A DNA stretch of 64,000 nt from positions 1 through 64,000 of the forward strand of contig JABLTG010000112.1 of assembly GCA_016618085.1 (NCBI GenBank), in the 5' to 3' direction. The position numbers and the translations under genes were made by a program. The stretch comes from Neovahlkampfia damariscottae (Eukaryota). Shown in pieces: positions 11,901-24,960 of this stretch. The notes beneath the pieces were generated by a model that ran no database searches, was not told the DNA's origin, and saw only the letters and a list, made by a program, of their open reading frames with translations. Every line of letters starts with the position of its first letter. Within the stretch, counting starts at the first letter, position 1.

Positions 11901-14285
11901 GATTTAGATGTTGACATCAATGATAAAAACTTTTGGGATAAAGTTCTTCCAGAAAATAGAACAGCAGAAGCTTTACTCAGAAAATTGCAATCAGGTTCAA
12001 GCTTAAAATCAAAAGAACAAAGAGAACAATTCATGAAAGATTTAGAAAATATTGTCAATCAACATCTTGAATCTTTTCAAAAATTCAAACATAAAGACAG
12101 TGAAACTCTTAATGATTTATTAGTTCAACTTATTTACAGTCTTCTTTTTGAAAAAGAACATAGAGATAAAGCAGCAAATTGGGAAACACTTTTACAAGGT
12201 AGAAGAGGTGGAAGGGAAGTGAGAATTGAATCAGAAAGTGATAACGATAATGATGATGAAGAGGGAATTCCTGTTGATGAAAATGAAACTGAAAGTAGAA
12301 AAAGCGTCAAAAGACAAGGTTGGTTCAAAGCAGAAAGACAAAGATTTCAAAAATCATTCCTTGAATTTGGTTGGGGTAAATGGGAAAAAATTAAAGAACA
12401 AAAATTGACTCATCACACATTACAAGATATTCATTCATTCGCAGAATGTTTTATTTTTCAAACAATGAAATATTCAACAGAAGAAGATCAAACTAAATTT
12501 CTTAATTCTGTATTGCATTCTGCTTCAGTTCCAGATTCAGCAACAGACGCAGAAAATGATGAACAAAAGACATTAGAAACATCACTTACAGATAAAGTTA
12601 ATGCAGGAAATCAAATCTATGTCACACTTCCTGTACATGATGAAAAATGTAGAATAGAATTCATTGAAATTGCTCCAGAATCAAAGAAAGAAACCAAAAA
12701 AGAAGTCGAAAATGAAGAAGAAATTAAAGAAGAAAAAGAAGAAATATTTGGAAATAGATGCATTCGACTGTTTGAAATTTCAAGTTCAAAAAAAGAAGAT
12801 AAATATGAATTGATTGCACCTGGATATGATGGAAAATTCTTTGTTAGATGTATCATTGGAGATCAAGTTTATATTAGTCGTCAATTTGAAATTGAAGGAT
12901 GTCATCCACTTCTTGAAGATGAAGAATGGACAAATTTGGCAAAGAGAGGTGTTAAAAATTGGTGTAAAAAATTAAAATTCACACAAGATTTATCATCAGT
13001 TTTCAAAATCTATGATGAACTTCAAGTATCAAATATACCTGGATTAGCAATTAAAAAACCTGCTCCATTTTGGGACGCAGAATGTGATAAAGATCTTTTA
13101 GAAGGAGCAAGATTACATGGTTATGGAAAAATGAATGAATTCAAAGATGATAAGAATCTTTGTTTTGAAGCCAAATTTGATGATTATATTTCTTCAATTA
13201 AAAGTAGTAGAGAAAAAAAAGTTGCTCTTGAATCTTGGCCAACTCAAGCACTTTTAAATAAACGTGCAACAAAATTAATTGAAAAAATTCTTCAAGCTCA
13301 TAAACATCCAAAATTAACAATAAAATCAAAGAAAGTAAAATCAACAACTTCAACCAATGTAGAGGAATGGAGCAAACGTGAAAAACAAGATTTACAAAGA
13401 ACATTAGTTCAACATGGTTTATATCCTGATTCAAAAGGAATTCCTCAATATGAAAAAATTATATCCAATGCAAAATTAAGAAAAACAGTTGATGCAACAT
13501 CTACTTATATTCAAAATTTCTTAGAAGAATGTGAAAAAGTATATTTAGATTCTGAAAAGAAAAAACAAGATGAAAAAGTTGATAAAAAAAAAGAAGATAA
13601 AATGGAAACTGAAGAAGAAGACACTGAAAAAAAGACAGATGATAAGAAAAAAGAAGATGATGCTGTCACTCCTTTGACTTCTAAAAAAGTTTTAGAAAGA
13701 GTTAGAGTAATGGAAAAAATATATCAATTTGTTTATCCTCAACTTGAAGAAATGAAAGCAAAATTGAAATATCTAAGTGATCTAAAAGGTCTTCCAAAAT
13801 GGTGGGATCATAATTGTGATTATGATTTACTTGTTGGAATTAAAACTCATGGTTTTGATTTTAAATCATTATTTGCAGATCAAAATTATCGTTTCAAAAA
13901 TGAAAATACTACTGAAAAGAAGAATGCTTTACCAAGAGAAGGTATTTGTATGTCAAGACTTGAAAAAATTTATCAATTATTTGAAAAAATGATTATTTTA
14001 GGTGATACACCTTCACCTTCACCAAAAGAACACAAATCAAATATTGTATTCAAAACACCACCTAAACATATGAAAAATGATCATAAAAATGATGATCACG
14101 AAGAAGAAGATGATTGGCGCATTCTTGTGGCAGAAGATGATGAATTAGAAGAAGAAAAGAAATCTGAAAAACCAAAAAAAAGAAAAAGAGATGAAACAAC
14201 AAAATCTGAAAAGAAAATGAAAACAGGAACTTTGGATGCTTTTGTAAAAACCACAAAAAAAGAAAATGAAGAAAAAAAAGAGTAA
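8920..14285 (+). CDS. CHD-family chromatin remodeler (tandem chromodomains + SNF2 ATPase + SANT/SLIDE-like; CHD6-9-like), 3 exons
   Basis: [15 protein letters not shown] and [15 protein letters not shown] chromodomains; [25 protein letters not shown]; introns at ~10264-10296 and ~11474-11508. Confidence 0.92.
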
Positions 14286-14307
14286 TAAAAATCAATTTTA
14301 TTGTAAA

Positions 14308-16428
14308 TCATTCTTTTGAAATGAATTTCCAATTGGATCCACAATACAAACAAGCATGTTCCCATCTTGAAAAACAACCTTCAAAATTGAATGTTGAAAC
14401 TCTACCACACAATCTACAAACTCTGTGCTCATTATCAATTTTTACGATAGTTATTACATCAATATTTTTCAATGATGGAACTGAATTCGATAGAATACCT
14501 TGAAAATGTGGTACAAAATCCAATTCACTTAAGATTTCTTCATAACTTTTTGGATACTTAATTTTTAATGTCTCTGAAAAAATAATTGATTTCAATTCAG
14601 CATTATCTGATTTTGGATTTTGTTTTTCATGAGAAGAAGTAACCAATTTCAATAAACTGGAAATTGCTTTGTAATGATTTTGCATTTCTTCTGAATCTAA
14701 AATTGAATGATCTTTGGTTTGTTTAGAGATAATATAGGTGTATGTAAAAATTTCTTTTAAAATGATAATAAATCTTGGATGTCTGACTAATTCTTTACAA
14801 TATGCTTTTTTTGGTTCAGAAAATAAATAGCGTAATGATTTGAAGAAAAATATTGTGAATTTATGTGCCCAATGAACAAATGGTGTCAATTTTATAAGAT
14901 CTTCTTTTGATAAATCATTATGTTCAACTCTTTTTTTTTCATTTTCTTCATTTCCTTCTTTTCCAGTTGGTTTAATAATTTTGTCACGAAATATTTCAAT
15001 TATATAACGAAGATATAAAGTTGAACAAATATCAATTGAACTTGAATTATTTCCTTTCAAAAAACTGATATTATTAGAATTATAAAAAATTACTGAATCA
15101 AAGAAACAAATCTATCCATTGAGCTTGAAATGTGCATAATTCTTGAAGATCCTGACATTTTCTTGATTTTTTGAATTTCTTCAATACATAATGCCATGTT
15201 TTTATTAAATTTAATTGAAATCAAAACATCCCAAAATTCAAATTTGTTAAAAATACAATGATAAAATAAGTTTGATTGTTGAATTGAAGATAACTCTTTT
15301 TCCAAATAAAGAGTTAAGTTTAATGTCTTATTTTTGTAATTTAAGAATCCAACACAAATATCATTGACAGAAGTATCAAAAGTGGATGATGTTTCATTTT
15401 CTTCATTTTCTCTTTTTTTAATGGATGAATGTAATTGTTTTAAGTCTAATGAATATTTTTCAAATTGATTTGATGAATGTAAATAAAATTGAGATTTAGA
15501 TACTTTCATTTTTCCAGTTTTATTCAATTCTGAGTTCAATTTCCATAATTTTTCATTTTCGTCAAAATTCCATTTTTGGATGGAAGTATTTGATGCAATG
15601 AACAAATCAGAATAAATTGAAAACTTTAAATCTAATAATTCAAAACTCAATAAATCTTGATTTTCAGGTTTAATTAATATTTTATAATGATTTTGTGTTT
15701 TAATAGAAACAAAATTCCATTCAAAAATATGAACTTCCAAAGAATTCTTTTCAACCAAAGCAATATATACAGAATTATCTATCAATATGAAATCACATTT
15801 ATCAAATGTAATTCCTAAATCAATTTCATTGGATAACCATTCCTGATTATAATTTTCAAATTTAAAAAATTTTAGTTTTCCACATTTTGTAATACTCAAA
15901 AAACCTAAAGTACCAAATGGTAAAAGTGATAAACGTAAATCAAAATTTTCAAATGAATCTTTTAAGTTTGAAGATATCATTGGTTTCATTAATCTTTGAT
16001 AAGAAATTGAATGAATTGGTTTTAAATAAAACAAATTTTCAACAGATAATTTGGAAAAACACTCCATATCATTGATACAACCATTCTTCATTTTCCAAAA
16101 ACAAATTATATCATTTTTATCAACAGAAATTAAATAATTTGAAAGAATGGAAGGTGTAAAAATTAATTGAACAATTGGACTTTCATGTTCTGTGTATATA
16201 ACTGTATACTCTTTTGGTTCATTTGGATCAATCAAATAAATTGGAAAACTATTGAAAAAATTAGTGTTGAAAAAATTCAAACCAAAAATCTTGAGAATTT
16301 TGAACGTAGGAATAAGATATTGCAATAGTATTTGTTTCTGACCAAGCTATACACGGTTTTGATAAGTACATTGGAATTTTTAAATCACCAGTAAAATTGG
16401 TGGCAAAAAGTTCTTCATAAAAAGGCAT
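14308..16428 (-). CDS. MED16: Mediator subunit 16 (Sin4)-like, 3 exons
   Basis: N-terminal CIAWSETNTIA propeller start and C-terminal RVCRLCG...RWEHACLYCGSNW zinc motif typical of MED16; introns restore the frame. Confidence 0.72.
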
Positions 16429-16460
16429 TGAAATGATTGGTGAAAAAAACAATGTAAAAT

Positions 16461-16973
16461 TTATTTTTTAAATTTTTTAAAAACATATGGAAGAGTTGCT
16501 AAAATTACTGGAAGTCTTGCCAATTCTAAAAGTTCATTTAAAATAAATACTAAACTGAAATTTCCTGCTGAAAAAAGTTCTTGTTGGTTGTTTTTTAAAT
16601 TATTGAGAAATTCTTTATCTGCATATAAATCTTTTTCCAAAATAAAATCCACAATTGAACTAACATTCAAAACATTCAAAAAAATTAATCCATAAAGGAA
16701 GAAAAATGTTGCAATGTAAAATAGAGTCCAATAGATGAGTCCAATTTTACCATATTTCTTTAATTTTTGGAATTTTGTTTCTTTGACAGTTTGATCATTT
16801 TCTGTGTTTAAATTTTCTTTCACATCTTGTTCATTTTGTTTCAATGTATCATTTTTTATTTTATTTTCTTGAACATTTTCTTTTGAATAATTCTTTGAGT
16901 GAATTGAAACCAAATTTTTGTTGAGCACTGATCTTTGGGTGAATTGTATTCTTTTGGTGAACTTTCTGAGCAT
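16461..16973 (-). CDS. FAM210/DUF1279-like mitochondrial membrane protein
   Basis: Presequence-like N-terminus; KLKKYGKIGLIYW...NELLELARLPVILATLP pattern. Confidence 0.65.
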   Translation of the reverse strand: MLRKFTKRIQFTQRSVLNKNLVSIHSKNYSKENVQENKIKNDTLKQNEQDVKENLNTENDQTVKETKFQKLKKYGKIGLIYWTLFYIATFFFLYGLIFLNVLNVSSIVDFILEKDLYADKEFLNNLKNNQQELFSAGNFSLVFILNELLELARLPVILATLPYVFKKFKK

Positions 16974-17176
16974 TTTATTGGTTCAAATTTCTTCACTTTT
17001 TTTTATGAAATTATTCAATTATTTTTCTTTTTAAAAGTAAGAAAATAAAACCGTTATAAATTTGGCATCATTTTATTGGTCCACTTTCCTTCAAAGTAAA
17101 ATCATTGGTTCAATTTTTTGCACTTGAGTCAAGTGAGGTCAAGTCAGGTCAAAGTTATTTTTTAATCAATTGGAGA

Positions 17177-18685
17177 ATGGACGAACACACAACCAAAAAA
17201 TCTGACGAAAAAGTAGGCACAGAAGCCCCAAAAATACCAACTTTAAATCTTCCATCAACAGTACCAAAATCACCTTCAAACTCTGATTTGTTTGACATAA
17301 ATTCGTTCCTTTCATTTAGAGGTATTTAGTTCACCTGTATTAAATTTTTTACAAAGAAAACTTGTCACCTAGAAGTCCTAGAAGCCCAAGAAGACCTGGA
17401 GTTGACTTACCAGGTTTTTCGGAACTGCATTCAGATCTATTTCTGTCACCAAGAAATTCAAAACCACACGTTATGGATCAACCTTTACCACAAATTCATG
17501 AAATTCAATCAAATAACTCAATAGATTCTATTTTTCAAGGAAAGAATGGAAAGAAACAAAATGATCCAAGATTAAGTCATGATTTTGGAACAACACCACC
17601 TCCAATGTTTGGTTTTGATTCACCATTTCCATCTTACAAACAAAACTATCAACAACAACAACAAAATCAACAAAATCAACAACAACCACAAAATCAACAA
17701 ACAATTCAACATCCACAACAACAAGGAAAAAATAATAACAATATGAATTATACAGTAACTTTATATTTTCAATTGTTAATTTTTTCAAGAATGTTTATAA
17801 TAGACCAAAAAATTTAGTCACTTCTGATAAAGAAATATTTAAACAAGTTGATGTTTATGGATCAAATTTAGTTTCAAAAGCAAAAGGAAAAACAGAGTCA
17901 GTAATGTCACCTCAAAAAACAAAATCATTTTCACCTTATAAAGGACCTATGAGTTATCCAATTTTACAACAACAACCACAATTTGAATCTTTACAAAACT
18001 TTCAAAAATTTCAACAACAAAATAATTTTGGTGGTGGTGATCAACAACATTATCAAAAACCACAACAAACAAATCTTATTCCAATGATGCCATCACAATC
18101 AAGATTTTTACAAATTCCACAAAATTATTCATCTCATACAACACCTAAATTACCAATTCAACAATTAGACAAAGATTACAAACCTTATTTGAGTGAAAAT
18201 CCAAAAGGAGGAGGTGCAATTGATCCAACTCAAAGAGAAATGGTTAAACAAATATTACAGAAAAAAAAAAGACCTTATGATATGATGATGCAACATCCAA
18301 GTCAACAACAACAACAACAACAACCAGAAAAAATAATGAATTCAGTTCCACTTCAAAAAAAACAAAAACATTTCTTACCACCAACTTCTGTACAGCATTT
18401 AAAAGAATGGTTTTATGACCATTTAGATCATCCATATCGTATGATTTCAAATTTTATTTTAAATTTCTTTTTTTAGCATCTGCAGATCAAAAAGAAAATT
18501 TATCAAAACTTTCAGGATTGACTTATTTACAAGTTTCAAATTGGTTTACTAATACAAGAAAAAGAGTATGGGCACCTTCAATGAGATTAATTAGTCGAAA
18601 TCCAAATGATGAAAAACAAGGAGGAGATGAAGATGAAGACGAATCAAATAATGAAAAAGGAAAACCAAATGTAGAAAATAAATAA
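17177..18685 (+). CDS. TALE-class homeodomain transcription factor with Q/P-rich N-terminus, 4 exons
   Basis: Splicing at ~18439-18476 gives LKEWFYDHLDHPYPSADQKENLSKLSGLTYLQVSNWFTNTRKR (PYP loop extension). Confidence 0.9.
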
Positions 18686-18693
18686 ATTTCATT

Positions 18694-20127
18694 TTAAAAT
18701 TCAAATAAAGAACCCATTTCAGCATCTTCATCTTCAAGTGGTGTATCATATTTTTTAATGTAAATTTTTTTTTCTTTTTTATGAAATGATGTTCCAATTT
18801 CTTCGTATGGTTTTGATGAATATCTTGATTCGATCACTGGAAATTCTAGAATTGGTTTTTGAATTAATGAATAATCAATCGTTTCAGTATCTAATATTCT
18901 TTTATTTGCCCAACATGAAGTGTCATAATGATAGAATTTTCTACTGATTTTTGAATATTTTAATAAATTCATCACTAACATCTCTAATTGTTGTAAAGAT
19001 GATTCTTTCAATACAGTTGGTATCCAATAACAAATTAAACTATTCATTAAGCCAAGTAATTCTTGATTTTCGAATATTTCTTTAATGATAAATTTTAAGA
19101 AATTCATTTGGTATTGTTCAAATTCCAAAATTGAAAAGAATTTTAAAATTCTTGAAATTCTTAAATAATTATGAGAACTTCTTGATAAAAATGCGTATCT
19201 CTCTTCATAGGTTTCTTGATTTCTTTCAACTTCTCCTGTAGTTTTATCGACCAATTTCAAACCAAAAAAATCAAGAATCATCTCGTATGATTTGACAACT
19301 CTTGTTTTAATTTCATCTGATTTTTTGAATTCTTCAGATTCAAATTTTGATAATGGTTGTGATTGAAAATTCATACCACCAGTTTGTATCGGAAACAACC
19401 ACTAATTTAAAACATGAATGATTCAATAAATTACTTGAATATAACCATGATGTCTTTCTAATTTTGCCCAATTTCCAAACCAATTTTTATGTATATCTTC
19501 TATTAAAGCACCTTCTGGTTGACTTTCAATTTCATTTTTATAAAATTGTAAATTCAATGTATGCTCTGTATCATTTTCTTCTAAAAAAGAAATATGATTC
19601 AAAACGGTTGAACCAAATTCATCCAATGAATATCCCATTTCTTTTGATATTTTTAAATCATTTAAAGTTGAATCTAAATAAAAATTAAGTTTTTCATTCC
19701 CCATGAATTCATAGATTTGTAATTGACAACAAATGACTAATAGTTTTGAAAAAATTTCAGGTAATTCATCATCTTTTTGAATAGTTTCTACAGTTTTATT
19801 TAAGTATTCCATTATTAGTTTATTGATTGATTCTTTTTGAAAAATATATTTTTTAAAAAAGTTTTTTAGATTTTCTGAAGGACTTGGATCAAATGGTGCC
19901 TTATTGAAAGCTATATCTAAATATTCTGATAATTGTTTACATAATTTCCATTGGTCCAGGTATATTTCTACAATTTTTTCATTTTCATTTTGTTGTTGAA
20001 AATGTTTTTCAATTCTTTTGTTTTTTTAATTTTTTTTTCACACATACTTTTGAACAAATGAATCACCTAAGTCATATAATAATAACTCAACAGGATCATA
20101 ATATGAATAATCATAACTTTTTTCCAT
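18694..20127 (-). CDS. Opioid growth factor receptor (OGFr) conserved-domain protein, 3 exons
   Basis: NLQFYKNEI...LERHHGYIQWLFP, HNYLRISRILK motifs. Confidence 0.85.
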
Positions 20128-20327
20128 TTGAAAAATTGTTCTTTGCAAAGAATTAGAAGAGTTATGTTACTTTGAAATTTCTTTGGCAATTTCTTCTATT
20201 TTTTCATTTTTTTCAAAATAAAAGACTTCAAAAAGTGATTTTATGTTCCCTTCAAGAGTTTTTAGTGACATCCGGTTTAAGAGAAATTAAAATCGATCTC
20301 ATTGGTAGAATTTTTCTAAAAATAAAA

Positions 20328-21638
20328 ATGACTTCGATACCTCCTGTTGGTCCACCTCCACCTCCAAAAAACAAGTCACAAAATAAAGTTATAAAAAAGA
20401 AGATTGTAAAGAAACCACCACCAGAAAAACATGATTACAATGAAGCCCTTGAATTTTCAAAAAATTTGAGAAAACTTTACACTAGAAAAATTGAAGTTGT
20501 CATTGAGTCACAAAAAAAGTTTATAGCAAAAAAAGAAGTTAAAATCGTTCATATTTCTGATACACATTTGAAAATGGATGATTTTATTAAAAAAATTGAA
20601 CCATGTGACATTTTAATTCATACTGGTGATATAACTAACGCTGGTGGAAATAAAGAGTTGAAAGATTTCAATGATGCTTTAGGAAAATGTACTCAAGCAA
20701 AACATAAAGTTATAATTGGAGGAAATCATGATTTCTATGAAAATTTGAGTGTTGAAGAAATTCAAAAACTTTTGACCAACGGAATTTACTTATTTGAAAG
20801 TTCAGTAACTATTGAAGGGATTAAAATTTGGGGTGCTCCTTGGGTACCATTTAATCAAATGGCGTTTACACCAAAAGAAGATACAAAAGAACTCTGGAAA
20901 AAAGTACCTGAAGATTGTGATATTTTGATGACTCATTGCCCTCCTCATTTGATTATGGATCTTGCTTGTGATTCTGAAAGAAAAAGTAGAGATGATTGTG
21001 ACCAATGTGGATGCTCTCATATTCATCAAGATCATTGGGGTTGTTTTAATTTGATTGACGAAATATTTCAAAGAATTCGTCCAGTCGTACATTGTTTTGG
21101 ACATGTTCACGAATTATATGGTTCAATTAATTGGAATGGTGTATGTTTTGTGAATAGTGCAACAAGACCAACAACATTTAAATTCAAAGTATTTGATGAT
21201 AAAACCAAAAAATTGTTTGAAATTGAAAGAAACAAATTATGTGATAAATTCAAACCTCGAACAAAGTTAAGACATCAAAAAGTACAATATCATAAAATTC
21301 TAGATTTTAGTAACAAAAAAATTGATGATACCGAACTTTGGTATTGGATTGAAGCTATTTTAATTGCAAGAAATAATTATTGTGAAGAGATCAATTTTTC
21401 AAACAACAAAATCACAGACAATGGAGCATATTTTATAGGTGAACTCATGGAAAAAACAAAATTACTCACAAAAATTGATATTTCTGGGAATAAAATTGAA
21501 GATTATGCTCCGATATTGGCAGGTGCGAACGAAAATTTAACATTAAGGGAATTTATTCTTCCTGAAGATGCTCCAAAAAAAGTAGTTGATGAAATCAGAA
21601 ATCTGATGAAACGAAATCACAAATTTTTAAGTGAATAA
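20328..21638 (+). CDS. Metallophosphoesterase (MPPED/239FB-like) fused to C-terminal RNI-like LRRs
   Basis: ISDTH, HTGD, GNHD, THCPP, GHVHE motifs; C-terminal LDFSNKKIDD / INFSNNKITDNGA / IDISGNKI repeats. Confidence 0.8.
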   Translation: MTSIPPVGPPPPPKNKSQNKVIKKKIVKKPPPEKHDYNEALEFSKNLRKLYTRKIEVVIESQKKFIAKKEVKIVHISDTHLKMDDFIKKIEPCDILIHTGDITNAGGNKELKDFNDALGKCTQAKHKVIIGGNHDFYENLSVEEIQKLLTNGIYLFESSVTIEGIKIWGAPWVPFNQMAFTPKEDTKELWKKVPEDCDILMTHCPPHLIMDLACDSERKSRDDCDQCGCSHIHQDHWGCFNLIDEIFQRIRPVVHCFGHVHELYGSINWNGVCFVNSATRPTTFKFKVFDDKTKKLFEIERNKLCDKFKPRTKLRHQKVQYHKILDFSNKKIDDTELWYWIEAILIARNNYCEEINFSNNKITDNGAYFIGELMEKTKLLTKIDISGNKIEDYAPILAGANENLTLREFILPEDAPKKVVDEIRNLMKRNHKFLSE

Positions 21639-21738
21639 ATAATCATTGTTTCAACAATTTGAATGTTGATCCACCAAAGAGAAGAAAATATGATATTTGA
21701 ATGTTCAAATTCAAAGTGTATTTATAAATATCCGTTAC

Positions 21739-21817
21739 CCAATCAATTTTTGGTTTACTTCAAATTAGAAAACGAACCAATGGGAAGGGTATAAAAAGAT
21801 TTTTTTTTTTCACCAAT
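21739..21817 (+). promoter_or_regulatory. Promoter with three CCAAT boxes and a TATA-like TATAAAA
   Basis: CCAAT at ~21739, ~21777 and 21813, and GGGTATAAAAAG at ~21787-98, upstream of ATG 21865. Confidence 0.45.
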
Positions 21818-21864
21818 CATTTTGAAATTCAACTCAAACAAAAAAAAAACGACCACAACACATC

Positions 21865-22764
21865 ATGACAACAACTATCAGCAAACAAGAATTTGAAAAC
21901 ATGTTTTTAGGTTTTGACGATGACTTTCTTAACACTGTAGGTGATGAAAATGGGGAAGACTTAACTCTAAGTCAAAACAACAGAGATTGGAAAATTAAAT
22001 ACAGAAATGAAGAGGTAATTGGTTTAATGGCGAACCTTAGGATTCTTTTAAAATCTAGAAACGACCAGGCAATGGAATTTATTCCAGAACGGTTATATTC
22101 TTCGTTAAAATATGAAATGGTTCACGAAATGGAATCTGTAGAAACACCAATACTTTTGGTTAAAATTCAAATAATAGATCCAAAAACTCAAGAAGAAATC
22201 ATGATTAATGATAACAGTATTTTATTAGGAAATCCTGAAGGTGTTTTGACTAAAGTTGATGGTAAACATTTTTTGAAAAATAAGGTTCATTTTAGCGATG
22301 TTCCTCCTCAAAAAAGAGAATACTCAATGAGAGTATGTTACTATTTACCTAGCGATTTAATGCAACCTGTACTTGTAGTTCACTCACCAAATTTTAAAAT
22401 ATTTACAAGAAGAAATCCTAATGACATTATTACAACATCTTTTAAAAGAAAAAGAGAAGTTAATATTGACAAAGGTAATGCTAAAAAGGCAAAAGTTGAT
22501 TTGAACAAATATTTAAGTCAATTGGATGAACTTTTACAACTAAAGAATAAATTATCCAAAGACGAACAAAAAGAAGCATTAGATTTGGCTATCTCAAAAT
22601 TACACCCACAAAATGAAATTAAAAAAGAAACAACACTCGAAGAAGAATATGAATCAATTAAGTTTGAAGATCTATTCACACCAAAAGATTGTGCTACTTA
22701 TGAAGCTATTACTGATAACTTTGACTTTGATTTCAATAATGAATTAGATACTTGTATATTTTAA
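21865..22764 (+). CDS. Hypothetical protein, possible Ig-fold DNA-binding factor
   Basis: Intronless 299-aa ORF with a beta-rich core ending SPNFKIFTRR, a basic NLS-like KRKR...KKAK, a coiled segment and acidic ends. Confidence 0.7.
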   Translation: MTTTISKQEFENMFLGFDDDFLNTVGDENGEDLTLSQNNRDWKIKYRNEEVIGLMANLRILLKSRNDQAMEFIPERLYSSLKYEMVHEMESVETPILLVKIQIIDPKTQEEIMINDNSILLGNPEGVLTKVDGKHFLKNKVHFSDVPPQKREYSMRVCYYLPSDLMQPVLVVHSPNFKIFTRRNPNDIITTSFKRKREVNIDKGNAKKAKVDLNKYLSQLDELLQLKNKLSKDEQKEALDLAISKLHPQNEIKKETTLEEEYESIKFEDLFTPKDCATYEAITDNFDFDFNNELDTCIF

Positions 22765-22851
22765 AAATAAAAATCCTTTCCTTTTTTTTTAACCAATTGT
22801 TTTTCTTTACCGATAATTTTTTTTTTGTGGTGCACAACTGCAATAGTTTTG

Positions 22852-24873
22852 ATGACAGACTTTACAGATGATGACTTTAAGAATTTGTTCTTGCTTTACC
22901 GAGATTACAATGACAAAGTCAATGATGAAAAAGTATTCAAAAGAATCTTTTATTTTTATTTTTTTAACAGGTATTAATTGATTTAATTTTACAGCGAGTA
23001 TATTTATTAATGTGTAAAGATGTACAACTGATATCCCTTGATAATTCAAAAGGAGATCTATGTACAACATATCCTACAAAAATTTTTGTACCCATAGAAC
23101 TCGTTGATTCAGAGTTCAAAAATTTCAAAAACACAAAAATAAATTCAAAGGAAACCATTAAAGAAGAGAAAAAATTGGAAAAGATTTCTGATGTGGCCAA
23201 AAAATTAGAAGATGAATTCGTTATTTTAGATAAACCTGAGTCATCAAATACAAAACCACAATTACAAGAAGAGGACATTATTTTAGAGAATGAAAAGTTT
23301 CATGAAGAAATAGTTATACCAAAAATTGTAAAAATGACAACATCTGATGAAGAAGAAGAAAACGGTGAAAAAGAAAAAGCAGACGAAAGACTTGAAAAAT
23401 TAAAAAAAAAAGATGTCTCAAGGAGTTTATTTGTAGTTGAAGAAGATGAAGAAGGTTTTAAACAACCAACTCCAAAATCAACCAAAAAAAAACGTTCAGT
23501 GTCACAACAAAGAGAAGAAAAAGAAGAAAAAAAGGAGTATTTGAAAATTAAGAATTTTAATTCTGAATCATCTGAATCTGTAACAGTTAAAGGAAATAGA
23601 GGATCGGTTTTTAAAATTACACCTTTTAAAGTTCCAACAACAACAACAAATTGTAAGAGTCGTTCTCAGCCAACGACACCAAGAGATTTTACAAATGAAG
23701 AAGGAGTACATTTTGAAGAAAATTATTTTGATCATGAAAAACCACCTTCAACACCACCTTTAAAAGAAAGAATAAGTAATCATTATAGACAATCAATGAC
23801 TCCATCAACACCAACCACACCAATCATTGATACACAAGATTTGATCGCTGAAAACGTTTTAAAATCAAAAGAATTTGAAGAAGTTATAATGGAGTGTCGA
23901 TTTTGTAGGACTCATGGAAGATTTGCTGTTCCTGTTGTTTTTTATGGTAAAAAATATATTTCAAGATCAGGAACTATTTCAAGAGGTGCTGAATCTATTT
24001 TTAGATCAATTGGAACTAGTTTTATGAATTATTTTACAGATAACTCAAATAAGAAATCATCAATTTTACAACAAAAACATCTTCGTCAATGGGATACTGA
24101 ATTATTAGAAAGAATAAATGCCAAACATATCATTGATTTAATGGTTGAAAAACGAAAAGTAAAATATGGAGTTGTTGTTTGTTCAAGTGAAAAATCAGAA
24201 AAATCAGGTTTATATCAAAAATTTATGTTGGAAGTTATGCCATATCCAGGAAGAGAATCATTCGTTTTTAAAGGAAAATCACAAAAAAAACAGTATCAAT
24301 TTCGTTGGTCTGATTCTGGAACTTGTGATGCAGAATTTCAAACAACTATTGATATGAAATTATTTCCAAATATTAATTTACAAAAATTTAGAGATTGGAA
24401 TTTAATTCAAATTACTCAAAATTATTTAATTTTAATGTTAGAAATGCTTGGTAAAGGTGAAGATGATGAAGGTTTATTAATTCATTGTGTTTCTGGATGG
24501 GATAGGTAATTTTGAAATATTTATTTTTAAATTTCAAAGGACTCCATTATTTGTTTCTTTAATTAGAATTATTTTATGGTCAGATGGTGAAATACACAAG
24601 GAATTGAATATTAATCAATTTTTGTATTTGACTGTTTCATATGATTGGATGTTATTTTTTCATAATTTTCAAGAAAGAATGGAAAAAAGTGAAGAAATAT
24701 TTAAGTTTTGTTTTGAATTTTTGCAATATATTGACACAGAAGAGTATTCAATTTTGAAATATAAATCATTTGAAACAATTGAAATGAAAGAATTGTTGTT
24801 AAAAGAGAAAAAGAAAAAATTGAAAGGACTTTATGAAAAATTTAATGTATTTTATAAAATGACAGAAAAATAA
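22852..24873 (+). CDS. MTMR14: Myotubularin-related protein 14 (Jumpy)-like phosphoinositide phosphatase, 3 exons
   Basis: LCTTYPTKI, RTHGRFAVPV, DLMVEKRKVKYG, spliced HCVSGWDRTPLF active site. Confidence 0.88.
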
Positions 24874-24960
24874 ATATTTTCAATCTCATTATTGAATAAA
24901 TTTTATTATCCAATCATTTCATTTTCGGAATTAAAAAATTTTTATTCGTCAAGTTCAAAC

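Noticed and set aside
9257..14377. Many antisense or alternate-frame ORFs rich in F/L/S/K
   Set aside because: Shadow ORFs of low-complexity, A-rich coding strands.
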